Part shown: positions 25,625 to 37,700 of the stretch, one piece after another
Position numbering within the stretch: the first letter of the stretch is position 1
Layout of the letters: each line of letters starts with the position of its first letter
Origin: Hemiscyllium ocellatum
Lineage: Eukaryota
Assembly (NCBI RefSeq): GCF_020745735.1
Contig: NW_026869102.1
Coordinates: 367-64,366, forward strand
DNA length: 64,000 nt
Direction of reading: 5' to 3'
Notes under the pieces: model-generated
Databases searched by the model: none
What the model saw: the letters and a program-made list of their open reading frames with translations, nothing else
What the model was told of the DNA's origin: nothing
Position numbers and translations under genes: made by a program

Positions 25625-25681
25625 CCTCATGAAAGTGGACAGAGTTCTCAATGACATCCCAATCTTCTCCAGCTCCTCGAT
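25625..25681 (-). CDS. KIF22: KIF22 coding exon 13 (penultimate). The terminal exon is not located in this window or was not recognised
   Basis: Acceptor tgttctttcag, then IEELEKIGMSLRTLSTFMR, then donor gtaaga. Human: [20 protein letters not shown]. Confidence 0.6.
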
Positions 25682-27244
25682 CTGAAAGAACACAGCATCA
25701 ACTCGGGTTAAAGTGCTCAGTGTTGAGCAGAAACGGTACGTTTTACCTGGCACTTGTCCCACTCAGTCATTAGCTGGCTGATTCCCACCTCTCTTTTCCC
25801 TATTCCTGGGCTTCTCTCATTATTAGGAAATGGGATCTGGAGGTCACTGGCTGGGCCCAGCATTTCTTGCCTGTTCCAATGTGCTCCTTCAGAAAGTGGT
25901 GGGGAGCTGCCTTCTTGAACCACTACAATTGTGCCCCATGGATTGCCCCACAATGTCCTTGGGGAGACAGTGCCAGGAGTTTGACCCAGTGACACTGAAG
26001 AAATGGTGGCAGGAAGGTGAGAGGGTCAGAGGGGAACTTGCACAGGGTGGGGTTCCTGTGTGTCTGCCACCCTTGTCCTTCTGGACGGATGTGGTTGGGG
26101 GTTTGGAAGGTGTGGCCTAAGGAGTCTCATTGATAACGAATTCAGTAGCTGCAGAGTGTAGAGTCCAGTTACATGGAGCATTATAGAAAGGGGGAAAGTG
26201 GGAGAGGGCTCGGCAGAGGGGGACGTTTGTATTAACAAGTAATAGGTCAGAGTATGGAAAAGGATCAAGAGTCAAACTTCAGGTACAGCAGATATGGGGA
26301 CAACTCGGAGAAGGACAGTGGTCAGAGGGCTGAGGGTGTTCTACTTAAACACACAGTATACCAAACATATGGATATGTGTGGGAGTTAGAGGGAAAGTGA
26401 GGCTGGTGAAGAAGTAAAGGGAACAAAGAAATGGTGGGGATTTGGGACTTCCAGAAAGCCTTGGACAAGGTGCCACCCAAGCAGCTGCTACATAAGATAG
26501 GAGCCCATGGTGTTAGGGGATAGAGGATTGGCTGACTGGCAGAAGGCAAAACCTGGAGACACACGGGGCTATTTCAGGATGGCAGCTGGTGCTGACTGGA
26601 GCTCTACAGAGAGCCCATGTTGGGACCAAACCTATTGATGTTCTACGTTAACATCTGACAGAGGAACAAACAGCATTGTAGCTGGGGGGGGGGGGGGGGG
26701 GGGGGGGAACAACAGGACATGGATGTGCTGAGTCCACCTGGACAAAGATGTGTGGGTGAAATGCGTAGTTTGGTAGGAAGAGGTGTGGACTGTTTTCTAA
26801 CTGGGGAAAGGGAGTCCTACTTCAGGATTCTCTTCAGGTTGATAGTTAGGAAGGGAAATCCAATGTTCACCTTCATTACAAGGCAGCTCGAATACAACAA
26901 CAAGATACACTGCTGAGTATGTTGAACGCTCTGGTCAGACTGCATTTGGAATACTGTGAGCTGTATCGGAGGATGGCGGTGCTGGTAATGGAGGGGTCCA
27001 GAGGAGGTTTATAAGAATGAACAATCCCAGGGATGAAGAGCTTGTCACAGGAGGAGCAGTTGGGGACTCAGTGGATCATATAGAAGGATGGGGCAGAATA
27101 CTGGGAGATGGACAGAGTGGATGTGGAGAAGGTTCCTCAACCAGGAAGGACAAGGGCATGGTCTCAGTAAAGAGAAGGCAGGAGAATGAGATTGAGAAAC
27201 ATCAACCCATGACCAAATGCTGGAGTGGACTCAATGGGTAAGAG

Positions 27245-28920
27245 TGCCTAACCATGCTGTGGGTCATGTAGCAGGGCCAATCCCCCCAACCCCGAACACG
27301 GTGTGTCATGTAGTGGGACCAATCCCCCCCCAACCCCAAACACGGTGGGTCATGTAGTGGGGCCAATTCCCCCCAACCCCAAACACGGTGGGTCATGTAG
27401 TGGGACCAATTCCCCCCAACCCCGAACACAGTGGGTCATGTAGTGGGGCCAATTCCCCCCAACCCCAAACACGGTGGGTCATGTAGCAGGGCCAATTCCC
27501 CCCAACCCCAAACACGGTGGGTCATGTAGTGGGACCAATTCCCCCCAACCCCGAACACGGTGGGTCATGTAGCAGGGCCAATTCCCCCCAACCCCGAACA
27601 CGGTGGGTCATGTAGTGGGGCCAATTCCCCCCAACCCCAAACACAGTGGGTCATGTAGTGGGGCCAATTCCCCCCAACCCCAAACACGGTGGGTCATGTA
27701 GCAGGGCCAATCCCCCCAACCCCAAACACGGTGGGTCATGTAGTGGGGCCAATTCCCCCCAACCCCGAACACGGTGGGTCATGTAGTGGGGCCAATTCCC
27801 CCCAACCCCAAACACGGTGGGTCATGTAGCAGGGCCAATTCCCCCCAATCCCAAACACAGTGGGTCATGTAGTGGGGCCAATTCCCCCCAACCCCAAACA
27901 CAGTGGGTCATGTAGTGGGGCCAATTCCCCCCAACCCCAAACACGGTGGGTCATGTAGCAGGGCCAATTCCCCCCAATCCCAAACACAGTGGGTCATGTA
28001 GTGGGGCCAATTCCCCCCAATCCCAAACACAGTGGGTCATGTAGTGGGGCCAATTCCCCCCAACCCCGAACACAGTGGGTCATGTAGCCGGGCCAATTCC
28101 CCCCAACCCCGAACACGGTGGGTCATGTAGTGGGGCCAATTCCCCCCAACCCCGAACACAGTGGGTCATGTAGCAGGGCCAATTCCCCCCAATCCCAAAC
28201 ACAGTGGGTCATGTAGTGGGGCCAATTCCCCCCAATCCCAAACACAGTGGGTCATGTAGTGGGGCCAATTCCCCCCAACCCCGAACACAGTGGGTCATGT
28301 AGTGGGGCCAATTCCCCCCAACCCCGAACACAGTGGGTCATGTAGCCGGGCCAATTCCCCCCAACCCCGAACACGGTGGGTCATGTAGTGGGGCCAATTC
28401 CCCCCAACCCCGAACACAGTGGGTCATGTAGCAGGGCCAATTCCCCCCAATCCCAAACACAGTGGGTCATGTAGTGGGGCCAATTCCCCCCAATCCCAAA
28501 CACAGTGGGTCATGTAGTGGGGCCAATTCCCCCCAACCCCGAACACAGTGGGTCATGTAGTGGGGCCAATTCCCCCCAACCCCGAACACAGTGGGTCATG
28601 TAGCAGGGCCAATTCCCCCCAACCCCAAACACGGTGGGTCATGTAGCAGGGCCAATTCCCCCCAATCCCAAACACAGTGGGTCATGTAGTGGGGCCAATT
28701 CCCCCCAACCCCGAACACAGTGGGTCATGTAGTGGGGCCAATTCCCCCCAACCCCAAACACAGTGGGTCATGTAGTGGGGCCAATTCCCCCCAACCCCGA
28801 ACACGGTGGGTCATGTAGCGGGGCCAATTCCCCCCCAACCCCAAACACGGTGGGTCATGTAGTGGGGCCAATTCCCCCCAACCCCGAACACGGTGGGTCA
28901 TGTAGTGGGACCAATTCCCC
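27245..28920. repeat. 46-47 bp satellite (about 36 copies) inside the KIF22 intron between exons 12 and 13
   Basis: The unit is cacggtgggtcatgtagtggggccaattccccccaaccccaaa, with A/G and tag/cag variants. At 28920 it ends directly against a reverse-oriented SINE head. Confidence 0.9.
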
Positions 28921-28985
28921 TGGAATTGAACCTGGATCCCTCGTGCTGGGAGGTCGCAGTGCTAACCCCTGAGCCAGTGTACCAC
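28921..28985 (-). mobile_element. SINE tRNA-like head fragment
   Basis: ggaattgaacctggatccctcgtgctgggaggtcgcagtgctaacccctgagccagtgtaccacc is the reverse complement of a tRNA-derived SINE head. Confidence 0.5.
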
Positions 28986-29245
28986 CCTGTTTGACTGTTT
29001 CAGTTGCCCTTGGTTGATTCTCTCAGTCTAACCCGTGGATAGTGATCAGAAGCAGAGACTCTGGATTTACGTCCCTCCCTGCACTTCCCCCCCCCCCCGC
29101 CCCCCCCCCCCGCCCCCCCCTCACACAGGCTGACTGTAGAACAATGACTAGCTCTGGGGGAGTTTATGACCCACCCCTCCAACCCTAGGGAGCTGGCTGT
29201 GGGGATTCCCTTCCTGAATAGGAGGGGCTGTGGGAGATGAGATAC

Positions 29246-29437
29246 CTGACTGAAAGGTCCATTGTGTTCCCTCCAGCTCATGATGAGCCTGGCAGTCTTG
29301 TCCCCCACCCTTTGCAGGGTCTTCAGCTGCTTCAGGTCTCCGGTGTTGAGGATGTTCAGGATGTAATCCTTGCGTCTCTGAGTCAGTTCATGATCCACGG
29401 TCAGCTCAAACTCATTCTCCAAGTCACTGCTGCATTC
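29246..29437 (-). CDS. KIF22: KIF22 coding exon 12 (helix-hairpin-helix DNA-binding region)
   Basis: Acceptor ttttttttcag, then ECSSDLENEFELTVDHELTQRRKDYILNILNTGDLKQLKTLQRVGDKTARLIMSWREHNGPFSQ, then donor gtatct. Human: [58 protein letters not shown]. Confidence 0.85.
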
Positions 29438-30981
29438 CTGAAAAAAAAGAACGACCAGCTCACATGTTACCAGAATGTCCATCGCCACTTTCTCCCCCTG
29501 TCCCCCCTACACTGGGGGTGGGTGGGATGACAGGACTAAAACTGGGACAATGATTAAATGTGGCCAACAGACTGTCCCTGAGAGGAAGGAGTTGCATGAA
29601 CAATCTGACAGGGTACGTATGAGCTCCCCTTCCTGACAGTGGATTCAGAGCAGCCCTGATCACATGCTTTTCATTAAACAGGCACCAGGAGAGGGGCTTG
29701 TCTGCTTTCTAGCATGCTGGGGTTTTGATGCTGTCCGCAGTATCATTACTGCAGTCATAAAGAGGTTAAGGGTGATCTCGTTCACTAACATCAATGTGGT
29801 TTATGGCTGTTCTACTTGTCCTTTCACTTGCTTGCAGACTCTGAGCAGGACCCAGTTTGAGAGAGCAGTCCCCAATGTCCAGTGGTACACCACAGGGGTC
29901 AGTGCTTGGGACTCTTACTGTTTGTGATAACGGAGCAACAATGGAGAAGATGGTTAGTTTGTGGAGGACAGGAAGATGGGCTGATAACGAGAAGGAAGGT
30001 ATTCGGGGGATAGAAGTGGTCAGGTGGAATGGAACCGTGTAGAAATGGGAGATGATGCCCTTTGGAAGAAAGGACAAGACCAGAGAGTACTCTGAATGGC
30101 AGGACACGAGGAAGCTCAGAGGAACCTGAGGAACTTGGGGTGCTTGTCCAAAGGCCCCTGAAGGCAGTAAGACAGGTTCATATGGGGCAGGGGGGTGAAT
30201 TTAATCAGTGGGGGCATAGACTGTCCAAGCAGGGAGTTCACGGTGGAGCTCTATTCACCAATGTAAGCTCGCTGGTTGGTGTAGGGTAGGTATAGACACC
30301 CACTCTGGTAGATGTGACAATAAATACATCCACCAACTGTAATGAGCACTGCAGCAGGCTCGATGGCTTGTACAGCTTCCTTCTGTTCCCAAGTTCCTCA
30401 TTCCAATTGTTGTACAGAGATGGCCAAGGGGAGATTGGATTGAATTGAAAGGCCTGGATAGTGGGGATGAGAAGGGCTGTGTGTTAATGGTGAGGTTACA
30501 GAGACTGTTTTACCAACATTTGTGGGCAGGCTGTGGGCATCGTAGAGGAGGCTGGCATTTATTGCCAATCCCCAATTGCTGTGGCAGGTTGTGCCTGAAA
30601 GGGTTGTATAAGAAGATGGATTCTCAGCACATTTAAAAAAGGTGGTAGGATATGTCCCACAGCTGCCATACCCTGTGTGACTACAGGTCAAAAGCTGGAG
30701 AATGGCAGTAGGCAGATGTGGGTGTACCATAACCTGCTCCCCCATTGGGATCAGACAGTAAGGGGTTACCTTACAGAATCAGTAATACACAGGACAGATT
30801 CCAGCAGGGCTGACAGCTCACACTCATCTCTACAAGGGGGACCATGAATGGGAATTCCAGCTGGTTCACACAGGGAGAACCAGTCATGCTGGGTCTGTAC
30901 CCAGCTGGAGTTTCTGTGGAGGGGACAACCCCCACTCTCTTCCTGTAGCCTCCGGTCCATACTCTGGGTGGGAACACACAC

Positions 30982-31055
30982 CTTGTTATCCAGTTTCTCT
31001 TTCCTCTTCAGCACCAGCGTGTCGCCGGTTTTGAGTAACTGACCATTATCCAGAC
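30982..31055 (-). CDS. KIF22: KIF22 coding exon 11
   Basis: Acceptor ctgttgttccag, then (R)LDNGQLLKTGDTLVLKRKEKLDNK, then donor gtgtgt. Human: ..AEIHILKNKGRKRKLESL. An alternative upstream acceptor at about 31084 (tttcccagcccccag) would also be in frame if exon 10 is 1 nt longer. Confidence 0.55.
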
Positions 31056-31305
31056 CTGGAACAACAGGGAGAACACAGTCAGACCTGGGGGCTGGGAAAG
31101 AGAGAGAGATACAGTGGGAGAGATTGACATGGTCAGATCTGGCCAGGGGCCAGGGTTAGGGGCTGAGCTATGACCCAGCTACCCTGCTATCCCCCTCTCG
31201 CTCTCTCCCCCCCACTCCCCCCCTAACCTGTGACACCATGACTAAAGTCTGTATGTGTCCACACTCCCAGGTAACATGTCCCCACCAACAGAACACCTCA
31301 CTTAC

Positions 31306-31474
31306 GCTGTAGCGGTGTCACTATCGCCTGCTGTCTCGGCTTGGCCACTGAGCCTCTGCACAGAGCTCCAGGATGAATCCTGTTCAACAAGGTCTCCTTC
31401 CTCGGGGTTTGTCCCACTGCCGTTCCTTGCAAAGCGAGCACTTGCTCCAGCTGCTTCTGTCTCTGCTCCAGTTT
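31306..31474 (-). CDS. KIF22: KIF22 coding exon 10 (coiled-coil)
   Basis: Acceptor ttgaaatag, then KLEQRQKQLEQVLALQGTAVGQTPRKETLLNRIHPGALCRGSVAKPRQQAIVTPLQ, then donor gtaagtgagg. Human: RLKTKQKELEAKMLAQ...KKAVVMPLQ. The exact length (169 vs 170 nt) is uncertain from my manual counting. Confidence 0.65.
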
Positions 31475-31733
31475 CTATTTCAACACAAGGAAAGCAGGCA
31501 TGGACATTTCACAGACAGACCCTCTCCTGCACACACTGGCATTTCACCTCCGTCTGTAATATAATAGCGCTCTGAACATTTAACAACACTAACCCTGTCC
31601 TGTCCCTTATCCTCCAGGGGCCCTGTACTGAAACCAGGCTCCATCGTGAGACACATTTACCCCATGACCCTGGGCTGTTTATCCCCTACCCTCCTGGGTC
31701 TGGGTGCACCGAGCTGAATGTAAGGGGCCTTAC

Positions 31734-31917
31734 CTCTATCTGAAGCCTACTCTCCTCCACTTTTTTTAGGAGTTGGAGACGTTCCTCTTTGGGTGTTCCC
31801 AGTACTGGAAGACCATTCTTGCAGTGTTTCCGCAGCATCTTTTCCAGATTGGAAATTCGTTCCAACACGTCCGAGTCAAAGGCCTCTGGGTCATATTCTC
31901 CCGGCTTCAGGAAGGGG
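31734..31917 (-). CDS. KIF22: KIF22 coding exon 9
   Basis: Acceptor ctgatccag, then (S)PFLKPGEYDPEAFDSDVLERISNLEKMLRKHCKNGLPVLGTPKEERLQLLKKVEESRLQIE, then donor gtaagg. Human: ...MDPAMLERLLSLDRLL...[22 protein letters not shown]. Confidence 0.75.
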
Positions 31918-32904
31918 CTGGATCAGAACGTGGAACCAGTGAGACAGTGCCTTCACATCCCTCCCCTGTACTCTAACTCCCGTGCCCACCTTCCCCAATC
32001 TATCTGAAGATTTCACTCCCCAACAGTTGATGTGCTCTTCCAGTCCACCCTCATTATCTCCTGCTTTATTCTCTGTCCCACTGCATGCTGTGGGACTACT
32101 CCTGTCCAGATCTTCTCCCCCTTTATATTGCTTCCCCACACCCCCATGGATTCTGCATCGTCTGAATTAAGGCCATTTCTTGCCTTGGTATTGACGTTAT
32201 GCCATGCCAACAAAACCACCTACCACCCTTCCTGCTTGCCCTTTGGGATAAGTCACATGCCCTGAAAAATGGGAGATCCCAGCTTTGATCTGCTCATAAC
32301 CCCTAACTGCTCAGTCTCTCTGCAGGACCTCCTTTCCATTCCGAGCAGTCCATGTTGATCCTAACAACTGACTCCCCCATCTCTCACTCAGCTCTGCTCC
32401 AGCCTGGAGACTTCTTATTTTCCAATGTGTACACAGACCATCAGCATCACTTGCCAGATCAGCATTAATCCCCTAGTAGCCATTTGTGCAGAGTCACATG
32501 TAGGCCAGACTGGGTAAGGAAGGCAGATGGCCTTCTCTACAGGAGATCAGTGAACCAAATGGGCTTCTATCACACTCTATGGTTACATAGAGACAGTGTC
32601 ATACAGCAGGGAAACAGACCCTGTGGTTCAGCCAGTCCATGTCGAACATTAACCCCAAACTAAACTAGTCCCACCTGCCTGCTCCTGGCCCATATCCCAA
32701 ACTTTTCCGATTCACATACTTATCCAAGTGTCTTTTACACGTTGTAACTGTACCCAACCCACCATTTCCTCAAGTTCATTCCACAAGCAAACCACCCTCT
32801 ATGTCAAATAGTTGCCCCTCATATCATCTATAAATCTCTCACCTTAAAAAGGTGCCCCTAGTTTTGAAATCCTCCATCTTAGGGAAGAGACAACTACCAT
32901 TAAC

Positions 32905-33140
32905 TCGATCAATCCCTCCTCATTGTCTTATAAACCTCTATCAGGTCACCTCTCACCCTCCCACACGGGGGTGAAAATGAAACAGTCCCATCCTCTATGT
33001 AAAACTCAAACCCTTCCACACCCAGCATCGTCCTGGTAAATCTCTTCAGAAAGCTCACCACCTTTCTATAGGGAGGCACCGTTAGACTAGCCTTGATGAT
33101 GTCATTAACCATTGCACCAGACACACACACACACACCCCC
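32905..33140 (-). mobile_element. L2 3' end (RT C-terminus) inside a KIF22 intron
   Basis: Minus ORF 32909..33136 reads ...GRVRGDLIEVYKTMRRD. Confidence 0.6.
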
Positions 33141-33348
33141 CTTCAGGGGTTGTGCTCATGGCTACACGGAACACTATCTATCCCAGCTGCTATTAGAAAG
33201 GCCTAGTTGTTCATCTCACCTGAAAGCTTCTCACTCCAGTTTTGCTCACTGCCCTACGGTCCCCCATCTCATCTGGGGAACTTGCAAGAACCTCCATTGT
33301 TGGAGGGTCTGTAACACTGAGTCAGGCAGAGTGTCCTCCCCTCACCTA

Positions 33349-33463
33349 AACACCAGCTCCTCCGAGGAATCAGCACTCACAGACTCTCCTGATTTTGTTC
33401 TCTTGGCTGGATGTTGCAAACTTGAAGATGAACCTTCACAGGAACGCTTTGAAGGGCAAATGC
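33349..33463 (-). CDS. KIF22: KIF22 coding exon 8 (basic/serine-rich linker). This is a lower-confidence call
   Basis: Acceptor ttcctcgttcag and donor gtgagg, with phases (1 to 2) that connect exon 7 to exon 9 in frame. It encodes ...PSKRSCEGSSSSLQHPAKRTKSGESVSADSSEELVF, a KR-rich NLS-like stretch as in human ...PPEAKRARGPEEEE. Confidence 0.5.
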
Positions 33464-33607
33464 CTGAACGAGGAACGAATGAAAGAATATTTAAAAAGGC
33501 AGAAGCTGTGTGTCACTGCCACACTACGGGCAGCCGCTCCCCTGGACACCACTGTCACTTCACAGGGAATGTAGGGTTCCCTCCCCCACGGTTGTAACCA
33601 CACTTAC

Positions 33608-33761
33608 CGATAGGCTGGATGGTTTCCTGTGTGAAAGGACGGTTGACCACCAGCTTGGATTTGGCAGCAAAGTTGAGGGCGGTGAGCGTGTTAAAGTAGT
33701 ACTTGTATTCTGGAGCGATGTTAGTTATCATTACACTGTGGGCCGTGCCTCCCAGAGAATC
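33608..33761 (-). CDS. KIF22: KIF22 coding exon 7
   Basis: [51 protein letters not shown] plus G, then donor gtaagtg. Human: [50 protein letters not shown]. Confidence 0.8.
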
Positions 33762-34805
33762 CTACCACAAAACCAAACACAGCATTGGAAACAAAGCACG
33801 CGTGTGACATAGCAAGATCAGGGAGGGACAGAACAACAACATTTAAACCCACACACTGCAGGGCTGAACCACCCAGTTTACACCTTCATCTCCCCCTTTT
33901 ATACAAAGCCTTCTCAAAGCCCTAGTGAACCACATTCACTGCACCCCCCCCGCCCCCTTCCACCCCCCACCCTTATATCTCCCTGACCAGTCACATCCTT
34001 GACAAATCCGAGGAGGCTTCAGTGGGAGACTCACCAACCTCAAGGACATTTAAATGGTCATTGGATAAACAGATGGATTATAATGGAAGAGTGTGAGATC
34101 GACCTGCTTCAGATTGGTTCCACAGGGTCAGCACAACATCAAGGGCTGAGGGAGTGGACTGCGCTGTCATGGTCTACATTCTACTTGTCAAGAGTGATTT
34201 CCCTTTTGTAAATCCATACTGACACTGTCCGGTCCTCTCACAGTTTCCTGATACTCTATTCAGTCTTATACAATGGACTGAGAAATTTTCCCCACCACTG
34301 ACATCAGGCTGACTGGTCAGAAGCTCCCCCTCCAGTCTGTGGGAACTAGTCCAGAGTCAATATAATCTTGGGATAGGATCACCTGGGTACAAAATTGGTT
34401 GGCGGTAGGAGACAGAATGGTGGCCAAGGGGATGTTTTTGGGGACTGGAGGCCAGTGAACACAGGAATCAGTTCTGGATCCACTGCTGTCTCATGTACAT
34501 AAATGATTGGGATGAGAATACAGGAGACACAGTTAATATTTTTGCAGGTGACACCAAGATTGAGGGTATAGTGGACAGTGAAGGTTATCCAGGAGTACAG
34601 TGGGATCTTTCTCAGCTAGGCCAAGGAGAGGCAGACAGAGTTTATCTTAGATAAATGTGAGCGATTGCATTTTTGCGAGGTAAATCAGGGCAGGGCTTAC
34701 ACAGATAACAGGAAGTGTTGATGAACAAAGACACCTAGGGGTCCAGATAATAATGTCTTGGAAATGGCATCATAAATAGAGAGTGAAGGCAGCATTTTTT
34801 TTTTA

Positions 34806-35115
34806 GATTAGATTACTTACAGTGCGGAAACAGGCCCTTCAGCCCAACAAGTCCACACCGACCCGCCGAAGCGCAACCCACCCATACCCCTACATATACC
34901 CCATACCTAACACTATGGGCAATTTAGCATGGCCAATTCACCTGACCCGCACATCTTTGGACTGTGGGAGGAAACCGGAGCACCCGGAGGAAACCCACCC
35001 AGACACGGGGAGAACGTGCAAACTCCACACAGTCAGTCGCCTGAGGCGGGAATTGAACCCAGGTCCCTGGCGCTGTGAGGCAGCAGTGCTAACCACTGTG
35101 CCACCGTGCCGCCCT
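34806..35115 (-). mobile_element. tRNA-derived SINE (HE1-like)
   Basis: Full reverse-complement copy: ttacagtgcggaaacaggcccttcagcccaacaagtcc...ggaattgaacccaggtccctggcgctgtgaggcagcagtgctaaccactgtgccacc. Confidence 0.75.
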
Positions 35116-35129
35116 TTGGCTGGGACAGG

Positions 35130-37700
35130 AATGGTTGGTGCAGGTTCCAGCATTTAGATGTTTCAGTGAGAACAGAGAAGATGGTAAAAGAGGGGGAGGT
35201 GTGGCATTGTTGGTCAAAGACAGTATTACAGTTGCAGGAATGATGTTTAGGGACTCGTCAACTGAGGTAGTATGGGCTGAGGTTAGAAACAGGAAAGGAG
35301 AGGTCACCCTGTTGGGAGTTTTCTGTATATCGCCAATGAGAGAGCGAGAGCGACTATAGAGGAGTCAGTTTTTGTCCAGTGTGTGCAGGAGGGTTTCCTG
35401 ACAGTGTGTAGACAGGCCAACAAGGGGTGAGGCCACATTAGATTTGGTACTGGGTAATGAGCCCAGCCAGGTGTTAGACTTGGAAGTAGGTGAGCACTTT
35501 GGTGATAGCGATCACAATTCTGTTATGTTTACTGTAGTGATAGAAAGGGATAGGTGTATACCTCTGGGCAAGAGCTACAGCTGGGGGAAAGGCAATTACA
35601 ATACGATTAGGCAAGATTTAGGAAGCACAGGATGGGGGAAGGAACCTGCAGAGGATAGGCACGTTAGAAAGGTGGAGCTATTCAAGGAAATGCTCCTGTG
35701 TGTCCTAGATAGGTATGTACCTGTCAGACAGGGAGGAAGCTGTAGAGCACAGGAGCCATGGTTTACAAAGGAAGTGGAATCTCTGGTCAAGAGAAAGAAG
35801 GCAGCTTATGTTAGGATGAGATGTGAAGGCTCAGTTAGGGCACTTGAAGGTTACAAGGTAGCCAGGAAAGAACTAAAGAGAGAGCTCAGAAGAGCCAGGA
35901 GGGGACATGAGAAGTTGTTGGTGGATAGGATCAGGATAAACCCGAAGGCTTTCTATAGGTATTTAAGGAATGAAAAGAATTCCGAGTGTTAGATTACGGC
36001 CTATCAAGGAGAGTAGTGAGAAGCTGTGTGACGAGTCAGGGGAGTTAGGGAAAGCACTAAATGAATATTTTTCGACAGTATTCACTCGAGAAAATGACAA
36101 TATTGTAGAGGAGAATACTGAGATACAGGCTACTAGACTAGGTGGGATTGAGGTTCACGAGGAAGAGGTATTAGAAATCCTGCAGTGTGTGAAAATAGAT
36201 AAGTCCCCTGGGCCGGATGGGTTTTATCCTAGGATCATCTGGGAAGCCAGGGAGGAGATTGCCGAGCCTTGGGCATTGATCTTTAAATCGTCATTGTCTA
36301 CAGGAATAGTGCCAGAAGATTGTAGGAGAGCAAATGTGGTTCCCCTGTTCAAGAAGGGGAGTAGAGACAACCCTGGTAATTATAGACCAGTGAGCCTCAC
36401 TTCAGTTGTTGGTAAAGTGTTGGAAAAGGTTAGAAGAGATAGGATTTATAATCATCTAGAAAAGAATTTGATTAGGGATAGTCAGCACAGTTATGTGAAG
36501 GGTAGGTCGTGCCTCACAAACCTCATTGAGTTCTTTGAGAAGATGACCAGACAGGTAGATGAGAGTAAACCGGTTGATGTGGTGTATATGGATTTCAGCA
36601 AGGCGTTCGATAAGGTTCCCCACAGTCGGCTGTTGTACAAATTGCGGAGGAATGGGATTGTGGGAGATACAGTAGTTTGGATCAGTAATTGGCTTGCTGA
36701 AAGAAGACAGAGGGTGGTGGTTGATGGGAAATGTTCATCCTGGAACTCAGTTACCAGTGGTGTACCGTAAAGGTCGGTGTTGGGTCCACTGCTGTTTGTC
36801 ATTTTTATAAACGACCTGGTTGGCAGTATAGAAGGGTGGGTTAGTAAGTGTGCAGGTGACACCAAGGTCGGTGGAGTTGTGGATAGTGCTGAAGAATGTT
36901 GTAGGTTACAGAGAGGCATAGATAAGCTGCAGAGCTGGTCTGAGAGGTGGAAAATGGAGTTTAATGCAGACAAACATGAGGTGATTCACTTCGGTGGGAG
37001 TAACCGGAATGCAAAGTACTGGGTGAATGGTAAGATTCTTGGTCGTGTCGATGAGCAGAGAGATCTGTGTCCAGGTAATGTTCTATGTTCGACATGTTTG
37101 CCTTTGTTGGTCAAAGCACCGAGTGCAGAAGTTGGCACGTTGCGGCTGGACCGGACATTGGTGAAGCTACTTTTGGAGTACTGCATACAATTCTGGTTGC
37201 TGTTATAGGAAGGATTGTGTAAAGTACAGAAACAAATTTACCAGCATGTTACCTGAATGGAGGATTTGAATTATAAGGAGAGATGGGATGGGCTGGGACT
37301 TTTTCACTGGGAGACAGAAAGATTGAGGACTGACCTTAGGGGTATTTAAGGTTATGAGGGACACAGACAAGGTGAGTAGCAACAGTCTTGCCCATAGTGC
37401 AGGGGAGTACAAAACCAGAGGGCATCGGCTTAAGGTGGGTATGGAGAGATTCCAAAAGGGACAACTTCACCCCCACTCCACAGAGAACGGTGTGGATATG
37501 GAATGAACTGCGAGAGGCCGTGGTAAATGCAGACACAGTTACAATATTTCAGAGACATTTACACAGGTACGTGAATGGGAAAGGTTCCGAGGGATGTGGG
37601 TAAGGTACAGGCAGATTGGTAAACGCGATCAGTGTGGAGGAGTTGGACAGAAGGGTTTGACAACTCAGTGCCGGGTTGGAGATGATCAGGCCCGGAGCAT
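35130..37700 (+). mobile_element. near-full-length L2/CR1-clade LINE (APE endonuclease plus RT), frameshifted, inside a KIF22 intron
   Basis: ORFs 35135-35992 encode the endonuclease (GGGVALLVKDSITV..., EVTLLGVFCISP). ORFs 35970-37208 encode the RT (..PGPDGFYPRIIWEAREEIAEPWALIFKSSL.., ..VYMDFSKAFDKVPHSRLL.., [20 protein letters not shown].., ..WQMEFNADKHEV..). The 3' tail ends ..ELREAVVNADTV. Confidence 0.75.
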
